From positions 193,435 to 257,434 of the forward strand of contig JAMPII010000001.1 of the NCBI GenBank assembly GCA_023662835.1: DNA of 64,000 nucleotides, given 5' to 3'. The DNA is from Muribaculaceae bacterium. GTDB lineage: Bacteria > Bacteroidota > Bacteroidia > Bacteroidales > Muribaculaceae. Each line of letters opens with the position of its first letter. Positions within the stretch are counted from its first letter, which is position 1. Below the pieces are notes generated by a model. It searched no databases, was not told the DNA's origin, and saw nothing but the letters and a program-made list of their open reading frames with translations. This document shows positions 9,688 through 19,183 of the stretch, piece by piece. Both the position numbers and the translations under genes were made by a program.

Positions 9688-9695
9688 CAAAGATA
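9688..9695 (-). promoter_or_regulatory. Candidate -7 box (TAnnTTTG) for the ABC-F / HU-like operon
   Basis: Plus strand reads CAAAGATA, which is TATCTTTG on the minus strand. It lies 33 nt upstream of ATG 9654. Confidence 0.4.
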
Positions 9696-9720
9696 ATCAA
9701 TTTCAGTTGCTTGGACAAAT

Positions 9721-10251
9721 TCAGCGGGCAATGTCGTTTTGTGATACATAACCGTTCATCAGCGCGTAGAGGCTTAATCCCGAAACACTCCTGATACCCA
9801 GTTTCGACATTATGTTCTTACGATGCGAAAGAACGGTGTTCACACTTATTTCCAGTTTATCGGCGATCTCCTTATTAATGAATCCACGGGCTATGAGTGC
9901 GAGCACGTTCTCCTCGCGTGGCGATAACTGAGACTGCTGCCTCGAGTCCTTTTGCCTTTGTCCGCGCTCAATTAATGCACGCAAAGCCTCAACAATAGTA
10001 CCTTCGTCGGCAGTAGGGGCAATTTGGTTAGGTACAAGCACTAGACGCGCCCGTCGCGGATGAAGAAACTCCGAAAATTCATAGTATAGTTGAGCCGACG
10101 TGATTATTACCGCATCCAAACTATCGGCTTTCTCAACAGCAACAATATCGAAACAAGAAACGACATCCAAGTCGAAGTACTGACGAAACAGATGCTTTAA
10201 CCCAATGGCCTGCAATGTGTCGTGAAGAAAAACAATAACATTCATAATCAC
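9721..10251 (-). CDS. LuxR/FixJ-type transcription regulator with pseudo-receiver domain
   Basis: 176 aa with a C-terminal LuxR HTH (LSPREENVLALIARGFINKEIADKLEISVNTVLSHRKNIMSKLG). The N-terminal ~100 aa are receiver-like, but I cannot place a phospho-acceptor Asp at the end of strand 3 (SLDAVIITS). Confidence 0.7.
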   Translation of the reverse strand: MIMNVIVFLHDTLQAIGLKHLFRQYFDLDVVSCFDIVAVEKADSLDAVIITSAQLYYEFSEFLHPRRARLVLVPNQIAPTADEGTIVEALRALIERGQRQKDSRQQSQLSPREENVLALIARGFINKEIADKLEISVNTVLSHRKNIMSKLGIRSVSGLSLYALMNGYVSQNDIAR

Positions 10252-10922
10252 AGAACATGCAACAACAGTGGTTTGAGCAATCGTGAGCGTATACGGTTAT
10301 TCTGGCGAATATCTTTCTCCAACGTGATTATTGCAACAATAACGGCATAAAGCAGATTGTTGTCGCACGCGCCTTTTAGATGCTTCACAAACATATTCTT
10401 CAAATCACTGAGTCGATCAGCGATTCCTGTATCGATCTCGTCCATTGTTTCCACATATTCCTTTAATCCCGGGAGCGCAATATTTTGGCTGAGCGAGGCA
10501 AACACCAGATCTTCATCGCTTTGTATGCGCCGTAGCAGGGAGTCGCGCAATTCATGAAAGAAATCTAGCAACCAACAGATATTACTGCCGGATCCTACGC
10601 TCGGGAGAAGCAACCGGAAGTGTCGTTCTATATTCGACAATTGAAATTGCGAATAATAGCTATTCGTTTTTTTTAGATAGTCAACAATATCCACCGGACT
10701 GAGATTCCGCAGCTTATCCTCAGGGAAATATGACTCGTTTATGAAGGTATTCACTATAGCCAGGAAAAACTCAGGGGTGATACCTTTCGCTTTACATATC
10801 TGCTCCACAGATGCTTCTCCGGTTCCTAGTCTGATATCAAAACGATTTACTACTGGTATAACGGATGGTTCGCTGTCGATTACAGCACATAGCAATGTTT
10901 CCGGTTTTACTAGTGACATCAA
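10248..10922 (-). CDS. Cytoplasmic helical protein, ScdA_N/DUF1858-like N-terminus plus degenerate hemerythrin/RIC-like region
   Basis: 224 aa with no TM. By eye it aligns to RIC/YtfE-type repeats (IVDYLKKTNSYYSQFQLSNIERHF; FFHELRDSLLRRIQSDEDLVF), but most His ligands are replaced. It has ATGA overlaps with both neighbours. Confidence 0.3.
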   Translation of the reverse strand: MMSLVKPETLLCAVIDSEPSVIPVVNRFDIRLGTGEASVEQICKAKGITPEFFLAIVNTFINESYFPEDKLRNLSPVDIVDYLKKTNSYYSQFQLSNIERHFRLLLPSVGSGSNICWLLDFFHELRDSLLRRIQSDEDLVFASLSQNIALPGLKEYVETMDEIDTGIADRLSDLKNMFVKHLKGACDNNLLYAVIVAIITLEKDIRQNNRIRSRLLKPLLLHVL

Positions 10923-11488
10923 GAAGTTTTATTGGTTGTGTTATTTATGCGCATAGTTCGCCGTTCGGTTATCACCATATCGACACGGATATCGTGAGGC
11001 TCAGCATCAATAATTTCGTCAATCAGCTGGAAGTCGTAGCCCACACCAATTTTTGCAGCACGCGATTTAGCCAGCAATCGGTCGTAGAAACCTTTACCTC
11101 GCCCTACTCTATTGCCGCAGCGGTCGTAAGCTACAGCCGGCACTATTATTAAATCAATATTATCAACGGGTTCGCAATCGAATCCCGTAGGCTCGAAAAT
11201 ATTGTACGCTCCTTTCTCTACAGGCCTTCCATCATAAGGCAATATGTCCAGATTCAATCCATTGACTCGGGGCAGAAAAAGACGTTTTTTACGGCTCCAT
11301 TTGTCAATAAACTGACGCGTTTCCAATTCATCAGGCAAAGCATTGTACAGCAACACCTTATCGGCCATCAAAAAAGCCACGGTCTCTTCCAAAGCGTTCC
11401 ATACCCTTTTTGCCGCCGAGATTCGTTCAACATTGGTCAGCAATGCTTTATGAGCTTTAATTCGCAATCGTATCTGTTCCTTCTTCAT
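10919..11488 (-). CDS. 5-formyltetrahydrofolate cyclo-ligase
   Basis: 189 aa with family motifs (LLYNALPDELETRQFI; GNRVGRGKGFYDRLL). The start overlaps the S41 protease 3' end by 32 nt. Confidence 0.8.
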   Translation of the reverse strand: MKKEQIRLRIKAHKALLTNVERISAAKRVWNALEETVAFLMADKVLLYNALPDELETRQFIDKWSRKKRLFLPRVNGLNLDILPYDGRPVEKGAYNIFEPTGFDCEPVDNIDLIIVPAVAYDRCGNRVGRGKGFYDRLLAKSRAAKIGVGYDFQLIDEIIDAEPHDIRVDMVITERRTMRINNTTNKTS

Positions 11489-13178
11489 TTGAGGTTATTT
11501 GTGTTACAGAAGGAGCTTTAACTACGGGCTTCTTTTTCTCTAATTTAGGTATATCCCTAATTGGAACAGCAGCGTGGCCTTTCTTCATTTCATCCAAAGC
11601 CCTAAGCACAGTATTGTCCTGTTTGTTGACAATCTGATATGAGAAACCACTGCCGAGAATATCACTTGCAATCAGCGCCTTCAGAGTATTAACAATCAAT
11701 TTCGATGAAATGTTGATATAATACCACCTTGCGGGCACACCTTTCGACGAAGCGTACACCACAAAATTTTGCAGTAACTCATCGTCGGACGGCAGTTGAC
11801 GAAGCAGAGATTTCACATCTTTACACTGGCTGAGACGCTCTCGGTTGCGATCGCTGTAGTCAAAAGCAAATTTTTGTGGCAACCCGGCGTTGAACACATT
11901 AATATAATATGACGTAACGCCGGTTGTGTCGTTAGGCACAAATACGTCGGGCATAATTCCGCCACCGCCGTACACCTTGCGACCCGATGCTGTCAGATAC
12001 TCCAGGTCTAAATTTTGCTTTATACTGTCCGAATCGTAGAACTCCCCGCGGTCATATCGATCGAGAATTTCATGTTCATATTGATTGACCTTCCCTTTCG
12101 CATATTCTTTCTGAATACAACGTCCTGAGGGTGTATAATAGCGTGACACCGTCAGCCTGATTGCCGAGCTATCGGGCAGAGTTGTCTGGCGTTGTACCAA
12201 TCCTTTACCAAATGAGCGTCGTCCAATAATCAGCGCACGGTCGTTATCTTGCATAGCGCCAGCAAAAATCTCGCTCGCACTCGCCGAGTATTCATCGAGA
12301 AGAACGGATAGTTCCGCATGCGGAAATGTTCCGTTACCATCGGCAAATACGGCCGAATCGTCTTCCGGATTCCTGCCTTTGGTGTAGACTATCGGTGAAT
12401 TTGCCGGAAGAAACTCATTTGCCATAAGAATTGCCGACTCCATAAGGCCTCCAACGTTACCACGGAGGTCGACAATATACCCTCGGGCGCCCTGCTGAGC
12501 CAACTGCACCAACGAAGTGAAAAATTCATTGTATGTTGTGCGTCCAAATTTGCTCACCTTTATATAACCTATTGAATCGCCCAGCATATAAGCCGACAAC
12601 ACGCTATTCACAGGAATATCGCCGCGGGTAACATCAAATACGAGATGTTTTTTTGCATTAGCGCGATTCACACCCAGCTTCACAGTCGTTCCCTTTTCCC
12701 CTCGAAGCATCTTCATAATATCGGTTGAAGAGATGTTATGCCCTGCCACCACGGAATCGTTTATTGTAACAATCCTGTCGCCGGGCATTATTCCAACCTT
12801 CTCCGACGGACCTCCGGGAATAACTTCGTTAACGGTAATTGTGTCGGTGAACATAGTAAACGAAATACCGATACCGCTGAACGAGCCGTCCAAATCTGAA
12901 TTAACATCCTTAAGTTCTGATGCCGGAATATATACAGTGTGCGGATCGAGGTTCTTTAACAAATCAGGCATTGTCATCTCGATTAGCGAGTCAACGTCGA
13001 CAGTCTCGACATACTCATCCTTTATCAAATCGAGTACATGAGCCAGCTTTCTTTCTCCCTCGGAAAGATTATAAACGCGGTTTACAAACAAGCCTATCCA
13101 GATTCCCGCAGCCAAACATGCTGCTATAATCAATGGCAGCCAGGCTGTCAGTTTCCTACCATTTTTCATTTTTGCCAA
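11457..13178 (-). CDS. S41 family C-terminal processing peptidase with PDZ domain
   Basis: 573 aa with an N-terminal membrane anchor and a PDZ domain (GIMPGDRIVTINDSVV). The S41 catalytic region is present (DLRGNVGG, SASASEIFAGA, SFGKGLVQ). Confidence 0.9.
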   Translation of the reverse strand: MAKMKNGRKLTAWLPLIIAACLAAGIWIGLFVNRVYNLSEGERKLAHVLDLIKDEYVETVDVDSLIEMTMPDLLKNLDPHTVYIPASELKDVNSDLDGSFSGIGISFTMFTDTITVNEVIPGGPSEKVGIMPGDRIVTINDSVVAGHNISSTDIMKMLRGEKGTTVKLGVNRANAKKHLVFDVTRGDIPVNSVLSAYMLGDSIGYIKVSKFGRTTYNEFFTSLVQLAQQGARGYIVDLRGNVGGLMESAILMANEFLPANSPIVYTKGRNPEDDSAVFADGNGTFPHAELSVLLDEYSASASEIFAGAMQDNDRALIIGRRSFGKGLVQRQTTLPDSSAIRLTVSRYYTPSGRCIQKEYAKGKVNQYEHEILDRYDRGEFYDSDSIKQNLDLEYLTASGRKVYGGGGIMPDVFVPNDTTGVTSYYINVFNAGLPQKFAFDYSDRNRERLSQCKDVKSLLRQLPSDDELLQNFVVYASSKGVPARWYYINISSKLIVNTLKALIASDILGSGFSYQIVNKQDNTVLRALDEMKKGHAAVPIRDIPKLEKKKPVVKAPSVTQITSNEEGTDTIAN

Positions 13179-13223
13179 ATAAGTGGGTGTATTTAGTTTG
13201 AATGTATATCTATTGTTTAAACG

Positions 13224-13655
13224 TCAATCAATATCCGGAATATGGCAGCACTCTATACCAACGCGGCACAAAAGGTCGATTCCATCAGTCAAGCGATACT
13301 GATCTTGATAAACCACCCTTGTAATTCCAGCCTGAATTATCAACTTGCTACACTCAATACAAGGCGAGGCTGTCACATAAAGAGTTGCCCCTTGCGACGA
13401 ATTGTTGCTCCGTGCCACCTTTGTTATCGCGTTTGCTTCAGCATGCAGAACATATGGTTTCGTATGTCCCTCATCGTCCTCACACACATTCTCAAAGCCG
13501 GCCGGAGTGCCATTATACCCGTCAGAAATAATCATTTGTCCGTTTACAAGCACTGCCCCTACCTTACGGCGTTGACAATATGAATTCTCGGCCCATATGC
13601 GCGCCATTCTTAGATAACGCTTATCTAGAGTCAATTGTTTATTAGAATATTCCAT
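13224..13655 (-). CDS. dCMP deaminase (ComEB/CMP-dCMP deaminase family)
   Basis: 143 aa with the zinc-binding deaminase signature HAEANAI ... PCIECSKLI. Confidence 0.85.
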   Translation of the reverse strand: MEYSNKQLTLDKRYLRMARIWAENSYCQRRKVGAVLVNGQMIISDGYNGTPAGFENVCEDDEGHTKPYVLHAEANAITKVARSNNSSQGATLYVTASPCIECSKLIIQAGITRVVYQDQYRLTDGIDLLCRVGIECCHIPDID

Positions 13656-13965
13656 GTATATTTTGCTGACATGCAGCGTTTCATGACTTTTTTTGCTGTC
13701 TGTTTTTTAATAAGACATCCGGATACAATATTATCGGTTTTTCGAAATGCAAAGATAGTAAAATCATCCGACCACAAACCACATTTCCAATATTTTTGTA
13801 TCAAAATTTCACCACTTAAAAATACATTCAAACTTCCAAACTGTAACAGCCATTAGTTTTAGGAACAGTCGGGATCTTAGTTGTTTAGCAATAACTATGA
13901 AATGAGAAATAACAAAATTTTAGGAACATTAATATTTCATTGACTATTGATTGGTATAAAATAAC

Positions 13966-13973
13966 TACCTTTG
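13966..13973 (+). promoter_or_regulatory. Candidate -7 box (TAnnTTTG) for the acyltransferase gene
   Basis: TACCTTTG lies 27 nt upstream of ATG 14001. Confidence 0.4.
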
Positions 13974-14000
13974 AGCGTCGAATTAAGTTAAAAACCAGAT

Positions 14001-15197
14001 ATGACTATCCAAGATAAGCCGTTTTCAGATATCGCGCCATACGACAACCATGAGTTTCACGATAAATTATCTTCTCTGGTAAAAGAACCCGGATTTGAGC
14101 ATGCGGTAAAGTGGGTGATGCCCAACATTAATTGGAATGATTTTTCCAATCAACTGCTTCAAGTTAAAGACGGCGACACTTTTCAGACTGAAATTATGAT
14201 GCCCTTTCTGGAATTACTGGCAGCAAAAACTACTTCTGGATTAACTTGTAACGGACTCGATAATATTGATAAGAAAAAGGCTTACTCATTTATCACCAAC
14301 CATCGCGACATTGTTCTTGACACATCTTTTCTCAACTTGTGTTTGCTGCGTGCCGGCTATCCGACAACTGAGGTTGCCATCGGCGATAATCTTCTAATAT
14401 ACACTTGGATATCAGATTTAGTACGTCTAAACAAAAGTTTCATTGTAAAGCGCAATCTGCCCCGTGTAAAAGCCCTTGAAGCAGCTAAGGAACTGTCGGG
14501 ATATATCCACTACGCCGTCACACAAAAAAACCAGTCGATCTGGATTGCTGAACGTCAAGGACGCAGCAAAGACTCCAGCGATCTCGCACAAGATGCCTTG
14601 ATAAAAATGCTCGGGCTCGGCGGTAGCGGTTCTTTTAAAGACAATCTATTGGAACTCAACATACTGCCAGTATCAATTTCTTACGAATACGATCCCAACG
14701 ACTATCTGAAAGCTCGTGAATTCCTACTTAAACGAAACAACCCTGACTACAAGAAAACACAGCGCGACGACCTATTCGCAATGGAAACAGGTCTACTACA
14801 ACCAAAAGGCCGCGTCCACTACGAAATTGGTCATTGCCTCAACCCAGTGCTAGAACAAATCGGCGACAGCAACGACAAGAGCGTCCTCGCCCGCGAGGTT
14901 TGCCACACAATCGACTGCCAGATACATGCAGGTTACAAGCTATTCCCAATCAACTACGTAGCATTCGATCAGCTATACAATACCAATCAGTTCGCCGATA
15001 TGTACACCCAGAGCGATGTGCTGGAATTCAACAACTACATAGCTTCCCAGGTTGCAAAAGTGGAGGAACCGGGACTGACCGACAACGACCGCGACTTCCT
15101 GCACGAAACCATGTTGACAATGTATGCCAACCCTCTTAAGAACAACATTCAAACTGAAAACAACTGTTCGGCAGAATTCGACATCGAACAAAAGTAA
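14001..15197 (+). CDS. PlsC-family (lyso)lipid acyltransferase
   Basis: 398 aa with the HX4D acyltransferase motif (TNHRDIVLD) and a second block (ERQGRSKD). The substrate cannot be inferred. Confidence 0.6.
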   Translation: MTIQDKPFSDIAPYDNHEFHDKLSSLVKEPGFEHAVKWVMPNINWNDFSNQLLQVKDGDTFQTEIMMPFLELLAAKTTSGLTCNGLDNIDKKKAYSFITNHRDIVLDTSFLNLCLLRAGYPTTEVAIGDNLLIYTWISDLVRLNKSFIVKRNLPRVKALEAAKELSGYIHYAVTQKNQSIWIAERQGRSKDSSDLAQDALIKMLGLGGSGSFKDNLLELNILPVSISYEYDPNDYLKAREFLLKRNNPDYKKTQRDDLFAMETGLLQPKGRVHYEIGHCLNPVLEQIGDSNDKSVLAREVCHTIDCQIHAGYKLFPINYVAFDQLYNTNQFADMYTQSDVLEFNNYIASQVAKVEEPGLTDNDRDFLHETMLTMYANPLKNNIQTENNCSAEFDIEQK

Positions 15198-15201
15198 ACC
15201 C

Positions 15202-15256
15202 AAAATAGTTTCTTATAATATACCGGCCACTTCTGTGGCCGAAACTATTTTTTACC
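15202..15256 (+). terminator. Intrinsic terminator-like nested hairpin
   Basis: Inner stem CGGCCAC-ttct-GTGGCCG (15224-15241) is nested inside outer arms AAAATAGTTTC / GAAACTATTTT and followed by a T run. It lies 5 nt after the acyltransferase stop. Confidence 0.6.
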
Positions 15257-15297
15257 CCTAAAGGTTTTTTAATAACCACTAATTATTTATTATCAAA

Positions 15298-16491
15298 ATG
15301 CGATTGCCCATATTGTTAATGTCACTTATTGTCGTGTTCAATTTGATTATCGACTTTTATATCTGGCTAACAATTAAACGCACTTGCCGTAACGGTAGTC
15401 CGATGCCGAACATATACGCAATAAGTTCGGCTTTATTCGTCGTTTTCATCATCGTAGCAATCTCGCTTCCTCGCAACACAGGTTCCGATTCGTTGCTGAT
15501 AGCCGACATGTGGATGATATATACCTACTTCTCGATATACATCCCCAAACTGATATTCTGTATTGTTTCGTGGCTGTTTCTCCCATTCCGCAAGCACAAA
15601 CGTCGCGCATGGCTTTCGGCAAATATTGTCGGAGTAGTGTTAGCTTTCATCACTTTTGCCGTAATGTGGTGGGCTGCCGCTATTAACCGTATAAGTCACA
15701 CAGTTAGAGAAGTAAATATCACAGCCGAAAATTTACCATCTACCTTCGACGGCTACCGTATCTTACAGTTTTCCGACCTCCATACAGGTACATTCGGCAA
15801 TGACACATCCTATGTAAAAACCATAGTCGACGCAATCAACGAGCTGCATCCTAATCTAGTGGTCTTCACCGGCGACATCGTTAACCGTCGCACCGATGAA
15901 ATTTACCCCTTTATCAACACTCTATCCGGAATCAAAGCACCCGACGGAGTAATCTCCATACTCGGCAACCACGATTACGGCGATTATTCAACATGGCCCA
16001 ATGAAAATGCCAAAATAGAAAACATGCGTAATATGATTGACTCGCAACAAAAAATGGGATGGCAACTATTGCTCAACAATCACAAAATAATTCGTAACGG
16101 CAACGACTCGTTAGTCATTATCGGCGTTGAAAACTGGGGAGAACCTCCCTTTACGACATACGGTAATTTAAATGCATCCTACGACAATCTGAGTGACAAT
16201 GCTTTCAAGATATTGTTATCGCACAATCCTAAACATTGGGAACACGAAGTCATGAACAACGACTCGACTAAAATAGATCTCACCATGGCAGGCCACACCC
16301 ATGCCATGCAAATCCAGTTCGGACATTGGTCACCGTCGCGTTGGCGCTACAAATACTGGGGTGGTCTCTACACATCCGATAACGATAAAAACAAACGCCT
16401 TTACGTAAACATCGGACTTGGCACCGTTGGTATTCCCGCACGCATAGGCGCAACCCCTGAACTCACCCTGTTCACACTACATAAGAAATAA
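15298..16491 (+). CDS. Membrane-anchored calcineurin-like metallophosphoesterase
   Basis: 397 aa with an N-terminal multi-TM region, then the motifs SDLHTG, GDIVNR, GNHDYG and GHTHAMQ. Confidence 0.8.
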   Translation: MRLPILLMSLIVVFNLIIDFYIWLTIKRTCRNGSPMPNIYAISSALFVVFIIVAISLPRNTGSDSLLIADMWMIYTYFSIYIPKLIFCIVSWLFLPFRKHKRRAWLSANIVGVVLAFITFAVMWWAAAINRISHTVREVNITAENLPSTFDGYRILQFSDLHTGTFGNDTSYVKTIVDAINELHPNLVVFTGDIVNRRTDEIYPFINTLSGIKAPDGVISILGNHDYGDYSTWPNENAKIENMRNMIDSQQKMGWQLLLNNHKIIRNGNDSLVIIGVENWGEPPFTTYGNLNASYDNLSDNAFKILLSHNPKHWEHEVMNNDSTKIDLTMAGHTHAMQIQFGHWSPSRWRYKYWGGLYTSDNDKNKRLYVNIGLGTVGIPARIGATPELTLFTLHKK

Positions 16492-16504
16492 TATAATCCC
16501 AGTT

Positions 16505-18655
16505 ATGCCAAACGATTTCGCAACCTTTATCTCTGACGACCTGAACTTACCACACAAGTCCATTAATGCAACTATAAAACTTCTCGACAACGGCGCTACG
16601 ATTCCATTTATTAGCCGATACAGAAAAGAAGCAACCGGAATGCTCGACGAAGTTGCAGTCCATAAAATAGCAGTTAAATACGACGCTTACAAGGCTCTGG
16701 CTAGACGAAAGGAAACAATACTCGAAACCCTCAAAGAGAAAGGTTGCCTCACCCCCGAATTAAGCCAACGTATTGAATCGACACACGACGTAGCAACCCT
16801 CGAAGACATATACCTACCATATAAGCCAAAACGGCGCACACGCGCACAAATTGCAATTGAGCAAGGGCTGGAACCTTTGGCCAAACTCATAATGGCTCAA
16901 AAAGTTGGCGAGAACGACAAAACCGTCGTGCGGCTTGCAAAAAGTTCGCGGGCAGCCAACCAGCAAGAAGCTATCGGCGGAGCCTGCGACATAATAGCCG
17001 AATGGATAAGCGAAAGCGAAAAAGCGAGAGCATTGGTACGCTCACGCTTTGTCAGATCAGCTATAATCTCCTCAAAAGTTGCGCCCGGCAAAGAAACTGA
17101 AGGGGTGAATTTTAGCAATTATTTCAATTTCAGCGCTCCATTACGACTTTGCACATCTCATCGCCTGCTTGCAGTGTTGCGCGGCGAAAGCGAAGGAATC
17201 CTAAAAGTTAGCTTATCAATCGACGACGATGAGATGATAATGCGACTCAATCGAATGTTCATAAGACCCGATTGTTCCAATTTCTGTCGTCATTTGCTAG
17301 CCGACACAGTAAAAGATAGCTATCGACGCCTTATAAAGCCGTCGATAGCCACCGAAGCGCTTACTTTGGCGAAGGCAAAAGCCGACGACGCAGCAATAGC
17401 CTTGTTTGCCGACAATGCCCGCCAGCTACTGCTGGCTTCGCCATTGGGTCAGAAACGAGTTATGGCAATCGACCCGGGATTCCGCACCGGCTGCAAAGTT
17501 GTTTGCCTCGACGAGCAAGGCTCACTCATATACCACGACGTAATTTTCCCAAATGCCCCCATATCCGACTTCCACAGTTCAGCATTCAAGCTAAGCAACA
17601 TAATCAGTGATTTTTCTATTGAAGTCATTGCCGTTGGCAACGGAACCGCATCTCGTGAAACAGAAAAATTTCTTAGCCAACTGCGGCTGAACATCCCCGT
17701 GATTTCTGTAAACGAAAGTGGAGCCTCAATATACTCTGCTTCCGAGATAGCGCGACGTGAATTTCCCAACGAGGACATAACCGTTCGTGGAGCCGTATCG
17801 ATTGGACGCCGGTTAATCGATCCTCTTGCCGAATTAGTAAAAATTGATCCGAAATCGATTGGTGTAGGGCAATATCAGCACGACGTTGATCAGTCGAAAC
17901 TGAAAGAATCGTTAACCTATACCGTTGAGAGCTGCGTAAATACTGTAGGAGTGAACGTCAACACCGCATCACGCGAACTTTTGTCGTATGTGTCGGGGAT
18001 AGGACCGACATTAGCCGCAAACATCATCACCTACCGCAACGAAAACGGTCCATTCATGTCACGCAAGCAATTGCAAAAAGTGCCCCGCATGGGAGAAAAA
18101 GCCTACCAGCAGTCGGCCGGTTTCCTCCGTATCCCAGATTCAAAAAATATTCTCGACAATACAGCAGTCCATCCCGAACGCTACGAGCTGGTCGAAACTA
18201 TTGCCGCCGACAACGGAGTAAGCGTTGATCGTCTCGTACGAAACCACGCCATGCTCCAGAAAATAGATCTGAGGCCATACGTCACCAAGGAAATCGGTAT
18301 GCCGACACTCACCGACATTATCCTTGAGCTAGACAAACCCGGACGCGACCCACGCCTCACCAAGCAAGAAGAGGAGAACGCTCCGGTTTTCGACCAACGC
18401 ATAAAATCTATCTCCGATTTGCAACCCGGCATGGAACTTACTGGCATCGTAAACAATATAACAGCCTTTGGATGTTTTGTCGACATAGGTATTCACGAAA
18501 ATGGACTTGTCCACATTTCGCAACTCACCGACCGTTATGTATCAAATCCGGCCGATATTGTGCGAATAAACCAGCGCGTAAACGTTAAAGTTATCGACAT
18601 TGACAGCGGCCGTGGACGCATAGCCTTGACAATGAAAGGCATTCCACAACCTTAA
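16505..18655 (+). CDS. tex: Tex-like transcription accessory protein (S1 RNA-binding domain)
   Basis: 716 aa with the Tex N-terminal HTH, a YqgF/RuvC-like core (AIDPGFRTGCK), an HhH region and a C-terminal S1 domain (GIVNNITAFGCFVDIGIHENGLVHISQL). Confidence 0.9.
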   Translation: MPNDFATFISDDLNLPHKSINATIKLLDNGATIPFISRYRKEATGMLDEVAVHKIAVKYDAYKALARRKETILETLKEKGCLTPELSQRIESTHDVATLEDIYLPYKPKRRTRAQIAIEQGLEPLAKLIMAQKVGENDKTVVRLAKSSRAANQQEAIGGACDIIAEWISESEKARALVRSRFVRSAIISSKVAPGKETEGVNFSNYFNFSAPLRLCTSHRLLAVLRGESEGILKVSLSIDDDEMIMRLNRMFIRPDCSNFCRHLLADTVKDSYRRLIKPSIATEALTLAKAKADDAAIALFADNARQLLLASPLGQKRVMAIDPGFRTGCKVVCLDEQGSLIYHDVIFPNAPISDFHSSAFKLSNIISDFSIEVIAVGNGTASRETEKFLSQLRLNIPVISVNESGASIYSASEIARREFPNEDITVRGAVSIGRRLIDPLAELVKIDPKSIGVGQYQHDVDQSKLKESLTYTVESCVNTVGVNVNTASRELLSYVSGIGPTLAANIITYRNENGPFMSRKQLQKVPRMGEKAYQQSAGFLRIPDSKNILDNTAVHPERYELVETIAADNGVSVDRLVRNHAMLQKIDLRPYVTKEIGMPTLTDIILELDKPGRDPRLTKQEEENAPVFDQRIKSISDLQPGMELTGIVNNITAFGCFVDIGIHENGLVHISQLTDRYVSNPADIVRINQRVNVKVIDIDSGRGRIALTMKGIPQP

Positions 18656-18676
18656 ACGTTATTTAATAACATTAGA

Positions 18677-19057
18677 ATGAATATCATCACACTTTCAATC
18701 GGCAGCAACACTCGAAGGAGCCGGATGCGCGTTGCTTGTGCGATAGCGTGGCTAAAACGTCACTTCAGCCTTGTGGCCGTTTCCGACATATATTCAACCC
18801 CAGAAATCAGCGGTCGTTTCTGTGACTATTCCAACGCTGTAGCTATTATCAAAAGCAATTTATCAGCCGAAGTTATTGAGCAACATTTCAAAGAATATGA
18901 ACGTTGTTGCGGACGAACTCCGGCATCCAAAATAAAAGGTAAGATACCTATCGATCTCGACCTCGTAATATTCAACGACTTCGTCATTCGTTCCAAAGAG
19001 CTAAATCATAACCACTTTTCTATAGGCTGGCATCAAATATCCAATAATTATCGATAA
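18677..19057 (+). CDS. folK: HPPK-like protein (2-amino-4-hydroxy-6-hydroxymethyldihydropteridine diphosphokinase), short/divergent
   Basis: 126 aa with HPPK-like blocks LSIGSN, VSDIYSTPE, YSNAVAII, ERCCGR and IDLDLVIF. The C-terminal block is divergent and the protein is shorter than typical FolK. Confidence 0.5.
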   Translation: MNIITLSIGSNTRRSRMRVACAIAWLKRHFSLVAVSDIYSTPEISGRFCDYSNAVAIIKSNLSAEVIEQHFKEYERCCGRTPASKIKGKIPIDLDLVIFNDFVIRSKELNHNHFSIGWHQISNNYR

Positions 19058-19123
19058 CCCGCTTTCCTAACGTTTGTGAAGTATTTTTGTATAGCCTCGT
19101 TTGCTTGTAAAAAAACATTTCAC

Positions 19124-19131
19124 TACTTTTG
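19124..19131 (+). promoter_or_regulatory. Candidate -7 box (TAnnTTTG) for the first PL11 gene
   Basis: TACTTTTG has a TTTG about 20 nt upstream (19100-19103). It lies 52 nt before ATG 19184. Confidence 0.45.
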
Positions 19132-19183
19132 CAGAAATACCGGAAAAACTAAATCCTTGTAAATACCATAATAACAAAACTTC

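Noticed and set aside
13656-14000. A switch from 13.6 kb of minus-strand genes to 24 kb of plus-strand genes across a 345-bp AT-rich spacer, considered as a possible replication origin.
   Set aside because: I could not find a cluster of DnaA boxes (TTATCCACA or close variants) in the spacer, and no dnaA or dnaN is nearby. Divergent operons alone are not evidence. A GC-skew calculation over the whole replicon would be needed.
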